From the NCBI GenBank assembly GCA_031404135.1, contig JANNHA010000071.1, forward strand, positions 6,198 through 70,197: a stretch of DNA of 64,000 nucleotides, given 5' to 3'. Source of the DNA: Verrucomicrobiota bacterium (lineage in GTDB: Bacteria; Verrucomicrobiota; Verrucomicrobiia; Opitutales; Opitutaceae). Shown here piece after piece: positions 60,264-64,000 of this stretch (its first letter is position 1; each line of letters begins with the position of its first letter). Both the position numbers and the translations under genes were made by a program. The notes under the pieces are model-generated. The model did no database searches, had not been told where the DNA came from, and saw only the letters and a program-made list of their open reading frames with translations.

Positions 60264-62663
60264 ATGAAATTATACCGACATCTCCTACTCATCGTCGCGC
60301 TCAGTGGATTCGGTGTTGCCAGCACGAGTGCCGCCCCCACGCCCCCCGTTGCCGCCGCCGCCAACGATTCAAACGCCGTCAAGGCCTCCGACCTAAAACT
60401 CGACGGTACCGGCTTCTATCTCGATCAGGGTAAATGGGCCGCGATTGACCCCGACCAGCGCAAGGAAGCCTCCATCAAGTTCATCGCGCCCGCCGCCAAC
60501 GGCCGCTATCGCGTTACCCTCCACGCCGTCGGCGAGAACGACGGCGATTCCACCTACGAGGTCATCCTCGGGAGCCACAGCCTCAGCCCGTTCACCTGCC
60601 CACCGAGCAAGGAGATGTTCGAGGAGGGCCCCGCGTTTACCAAGACTTGGGGCGATGTTGCCGTAAACCAGGGCGAAACGGTCGAAGTGCGCGCCCGCGT
60701 CGCCTCCAACGACGGCAAGGAATACAGTCGCGCCCGCTGGTCAAAAATCGTGTTCACCTCTGTCCAAGACGATCCCGGCCATGAGGCCGCCCGCGTCGAT
60801 ATCGCCGCCGCCCAGCGCGTCGCTGCGATGCAGCCCGTTGCTCGCCAGCCCAGCGGCAACGGATCCGTCAAGGTCACCGGCGAGCTCAAGCAATGGCACA
60901 AAGTCACCGTCGAAATCGCCGGCCCCTTCGCCGCCGAGAGCGACACTTCGCCCAATCCCTTTACCGACCTCGCGCTCAACGTCACCTTTGCCCACGAGTC
61001 CGGCAACCCGCGCTACGTCGTGCCCGGCTATTTCGCCGCCGATGGCAATGCCGCAAATTCCTCCGCGCGCTCCGGCACCGTCTGGCGCGCCCATCTCTCC
61101 CCCGATAAGGCCGGCAAGTGGACCTATCGCGTCGCCTTCACCCAGGGCAAGCACGCCGCGATGAACGGCGACGGCGCGCCGCTCGCCCCCTTCGATGGCC
61201 AATCCGGCACCTTCACTGTCGCGCCCACCGATAAGACCGGCCGCGATTTCCGCGCGCAAGGCCGGCTCATGTACAACGGCACCCACTACCTGCACTACGC
61301 CGGCAGCGGCGCTCCCTTCCTCAAGGCCGGAGCCGATGCCCCCGAGACCCTCCTCGCTTACACCGAATTCGACGACACCATTGCCCTCAAGAAAGGCGTG
61401 CCGCTCAAGACCTGGGCTCGCCACGCCGGCGACTGGCGCACGGGCGATCCGACTTGGAGCTCCGCGCAGAAGGGCAAGGGCTTAATCGGCGCGCTCAACT
61501 ACCTCGCAGGCAAGGGCGCGAACTCGTTTTCGTACCTTACCTACAATGCCGCAGGCGACGGCGACAACGTTTGGCCCTTCATCGCCCGCGACGAGAAGTT
61601 CCACTACGACTGCTCGAAGCTCGACCAGTGGGGCATCGTCTTCGACCACGCGAACAAGCTGGGCCTCTTCCTGCACTTCAAGCTTCAGGAAAATGAAAAC
61701 GACGACAACCGCCTCGGTGCCCAGCGCAAACCCGGCCTTGTGCCCGAATCGCTCGACGGCGGCACCATGGGCCCCGAGCGCAAGCTCTACTTCCGCGAAC
61801 TCATCGCGCGCTTCGGTCATGCCCTCGCCCTTAATTGGAATCTCGGTGAGGAAAACACGCAGACGCCCGAAGAACACCGTGCGATGGCCCAGTTCCTCTA
61901 CGACACCGATCCCTACCATCACCTGATCGTCATCCACAGCTTCCCCGGAGCCGCCCATCAGGATCCGATGTACGAAGCGCTGATTGGCAAGCAGTCGCAG
62001 CTCACCGGCGCCTCAGCGCAGAATAAATGGATGGATACCCACAAGCTAACCCTCAAATGGGTCAGCGCCTCCGCTGCCGCCGGCCGTCCGTGGGTCGTTT
62101 GCAACGACGAACAAGGCCCCGCCAGCGCCGGCATCCCGCCCGACCCCGGGTACCCAGGCTTCACCGGCAAGGATAAGAGCGGTAAGGACATCGGCTACGA
62201 TCTCCACGACATCCGCAAGGCTACCCTCTGGGGTAACTTCATGGCTGGCGGAGCCGGCGTGGAGTATTATTTCGGATATCAGCTGCCCGAGAACGATCTC
62301 CTCTGCGAAGATTTCCGCAGCCGCGACCAGTCATGGGACTACTGCCGCATCGCCCTCGAGTTCTTCCGCGATCAAAAGATCCCGCTCGGGAAAATGGCCA
62401 ACGCCGACGAACTCGTTGGCAATCCCACCCACGACAACTCCGCCTACTGCCTCGCCCAGCCCGGCCAGCTCTACCTCGTCTACCTGCCCTCCGGTCGCGC
62501 CGCCACACTCGACCTCACGGCCGTAGCAGGTAAATTCTCCGTCGCGTGGTTCAACCCGCGCACTGGCGGCGCGCTCCAACCCGGCGCCGAAATCAAGGCT
62601 GGAGCCCCTGCTGCGCTCACCGCTCCCGACGCGAACGACTGGCTCGCCGTCGTCCGCCGCTAG
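60264..62663 (+). CDS. Secreted glycoside-hydrolase-like protein (CBM-like N-domain + DUF5060 + DUF4038/GH-like TIM barrel)
   Basis: Signal peptide MKLYRHLLLIVALSGFGVASTSA. DUF5060-like block WHKVTVEIAGPFAAESDTSPNPFTD. Catalytic-barrel-like WNLGEENTQ. ATG at 60264 lies inside the ORF from 60132. Confidence 0.6.
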   Translation: MKLYRHLLLIVALSGFGVASTSAAPTPPVAAAANDSNAVKASDLKLDGTGFYLDQGKWAAIDPDQRKEASIKFIAPAANGRYRVTLHAVGENDGDSTYEVILGSHSLSPFTCPPSKEMFEEGPAFTKTWGDVAVNQGETVEVRARVASNDGKEYSRARWSKIVFTSVQDDPGHEAARVDIAAAQRVAAMQPVARQPSGNGSVKVTGELKQWHKVTVEIAGPFAAESDTSPNPFTDLALNVTFAHESGNPRYVVPGYFAADGNAANSSARSGTVWRAHLSPDKAGKWTYRVAFTQGKHAAMNGDGAPLAPFDGQSGTFTVAPTDKTGRDFRAQGRLMYNGTHYLHYAGSGAPFLKAGADAPETLLAYTEFDDTIALKKGVPLKTWARHAGDWRTGDPTWSSAQKGKGLIGALNYLAGKGANSFSYLTYNAAGDGDNVWPFIARDEKFHYDCSKLDQWGIVFDHANKLGLFLHFKLQENENDDNRLGAQRKPGLVPESLDGGTMGPERKLYFRELIARFGHALALNWNLGEENTQTPEEHRAMAQFLYDTDPYHHLIVIHSFPGAAHQDPMYEALIGKQSQLTGASAQNKWMDTHKLTLKWVSASAAAGRPWVVCNDEQGPASAGIPPDPGYPGFTGKDKSGKDIGYDLHDIRKATLWGNFMAGGAGVEYYFGYQLPENDLLCEDFRSRDQSWDYCRIALEFFRDQKIPLGKMANADELVGNPTHDNSAYCLAQPGQLYLVYLPSGRAATLDLTAVAGKFSVAWFNPRTGGALQPGAEIKAGAPAALTAPDANDWLAVVRR

Positions 62664-62703
62664 TCACCTCGCAACCACTTTTCCGCAACCTCCGCTTTCC
62701 CCC

Positions 62704-63540
62704 ATGAAAACATCGCACCTGCTGCTCGCTCTATCGCTTCTCGCCACGCTCAGCGCCCACGGCGCGACCGCCGCTGCCCCCGTCACTCCACCCGCCGTCG
62801 AAAAAACCGCCAAGCCCGAGCGCCTACCAATGGACGAAGCCGAGCGCCAATTTCATCTCCCGCCGCTGCCACCTGCCGACACGCCCCTCGTCACCGCCGA
62901 CACCACCTTCGAAGAACAAGACGGCCAAGTCGTCATCGAGGCAGAGCACTTCACCAAACAAAGCCGCGATTACATCCGCCGTTGGTATCTCAACAGCGCG
63001 ACGCATACCCCGACAGCCAAGCCGGATCCCGACCCCGTCATGGTCACCGACGCCAGCAACGGCACCTACGTCGAAGTCCTGCCCGATACGTTTGTCCACA
63101 AGGGCGAACGCGCCGTCGACGGCCTCAACATCGGCGTCGCCCCCGGTTCGGTGGCCGTGCTCCATTACCCGGTCAACTTCACGCTCCCGGGCCGCTATTA
63201 CCTCTGGACCCGCATGCGCTCCAACGACGACGAGGACAACACCCTCAACGCCGGCGTGAACGACGACTGGCCCGCCTCCGCCCGCTGCCTTCAATTCCCC
63301 AAGCTCAAGAAAGTCTGGTGGTGGGGCGGCGTCATCCGCGATGCCCGCGGTCCTAGTTTTCCCCATCATCGCGCCTACATCGATATTCCTGCCGCCGGCA
63401 TCCACACGATCATGTACTCGTTCCGCGAAGACGGCATGGAATTCGACAAATTTCTCCTCACCATGGATGGCCGCATGAAAGCCCCCGAAGCCGCTGGTCC
63501 CGCCATCTCGCCTTTCAAAACAGGCGGTCTGCGCAAATAA
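62704..63540 (+). CDS. Secreted protein with a CBM-like beta-sandwich module
   Basis: Signal peptide. GQVVIEAEHFTKQS...PGRYYLWTRMRSNDDEDNTLNAGVND. Paralogous to the next ORF and to the N-domain of the previous protein. Confidence 0.6.
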   Translation: MKTSHLLLALSLLATLSAHGATAAAPVTPPAVEKTAKPERLPMDEAERQFHLPPLPPADTPLVTADTTFEEQDGQVVIEAEHFTKQSRDYIRRWYLNSATHTPTAKPDPDPVMVTDASNGTYVEVLPDTFVHKGERAVDGLNIGVAPGSVAVLHYPVNFTLPGRYYLWTRMRSNDDEDNTLNAGVNDDWPASARCLQFPKLKKVWWWGGVIRDARGPSFPHHRAYIDIPAAGIHTIMYSFREDGMEFDKFLLTMDGRMKAPEAAGPAISPFKTGGLRK

Positions 63541-63550
63541 TTTTCGCTTC

Positions 63551-64000
63551 ATGAGCCCGCACTCCATTCTCGCCGCCGCGCTTCTCCTCGCACTCCCGCT
63601 CGCTGCCACCGCCGCAACCGAGGTCCGCACCGATCAGCCCCGCGTCGCCCCCGACGCCATCGTCGCGGAGGAGCGCGCCGGCTTCGTCATCGTTGAAGGC
63701 GAGGATTTTTTCCAACAAACCAACACCAAGCTACGCGCCTGGCACCTCACCGACGCCACGCACCTCCCTTCGGTCGGCAACGACATCGATCCGCCGAACT
63801 TTGCCACCGCCAGCGGCGCCGCCTACATAGAAGTACTCCCCGATGAAGGCGTCGACGGCGCTCCCGTGATCAAGAGTGTGACGCTCAGCGACGTCCCCGG
63901 CGAAATGGCGGTGGCCTCTTATCGCGTAAAGTTCAACACACCCGGTCGCTACACCATTTGGACGCGCGCCTTCGGCACCGATGGCGACGATAACACCCTC
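63551..64000 (+). CDS. Secreted paralog of the 62704 protein, 5' partial (runs off the window)
   Basis: Signal peptide MSPHSILAAALLLALPLAATAA. GFVIVEGEDFFQQTN...PGRYTIWTRAFGTDGDDNTL. Frame is open to the window edge. Confidence 0.6.
   Translation, partial: MSPHSILAAALLLALPLAATAATEVRTDQPRVAPDAIVAEERAGFVIVEGEDFFQQTNTKLRAWHLTDATHLPSVGNDIDPPNFATASGAAYIEVLPDEGVDGAPVIKSVTLSDVPGEMAVASYRVKFNTPGRYTIWTRAFGTDGDDNTL

Noticed and set aside
62824-63630. 268-aa minus-strand ORF antisense to the 62704-63540 secreted protein
   Set aside because: The plus-strand frame has a signal peptide and a paralog next door. The minus-strand frame is a high-GC shadow ORF.

Overview
High-GC (about 60-65% by eye) chromosomal window. 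It looks like a PVC-superphylum genome, probably Verrucomicrobiota. This is inference only, from the DUF1549/DUF1553-DUF1501 gene pair, the secreted glycoside hydrolases, and C-rich leaders without Shine-Dalgarno sequences.

Gene order:
- OM-barrel gene 3' end, YgjP-like hydrolase, metallophosphoesterase.
- cheW / cheA-HDOD chemosensory module.
- DUF1549/1553-DUF1501-PPC-domain triad.
- A roughly 6.8-kb Rhs toxin/immunity island, with a truncated redoxin gene, a repeat-dense non-coding tail and diverged flanking direct repeats.
- Glutamate-synthase-like FMN protein and satP.
- A tripartite hipB-hipS-hipT toxin-antitoxin operon followed by a truncated vapC.
- LytS/LytTR two-component pair.
- An AT-richer accessory islet (25.2-28.3 kb) with duplicated gene junctions and a superinfection-immunity-family gene.
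- A minus-strand iorA-iorB-paaK-ACT-nfnA-nfnB ferredoxin/aryl-acid operon.
- SEC-C protein.
- An AT-rich defence islet: DUF262 + HEPN pair, hicBA, and a group II intron domain V/VI relic.
- A 13-gene complex-I-like operon that lacks nuoEFG and carries an extra antiporter-like subunit plus a 115-aa ORF.
- A lower-GC sugar-acid utilisation cluster (GH43, TIM-barrel isomerase, hydroxyacid dehydrogenase, RidA, KdgT, VOC, glycerate 2-kinase).
- Three secreted proteins that share a CBM-like module.

I found no rRNA, tRNA or CRISPR array.

Most interesting items:
1. The DUF262+HEPN module.
2. A family of degenerate heptanucleotide tandem arrays. They sit just 5' of start codons, form inverted pairs in intercistronic gaps, and occur in-frame inside several CDSs.
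3. The NuoEFG-less complex I with four antiporter-like subunits.
4. The HipBST system.
5. The Rhs island boundaries.
6. The ORF-less group II intron remnant.

All family calls come from motif recognition by eye. No database search was run.
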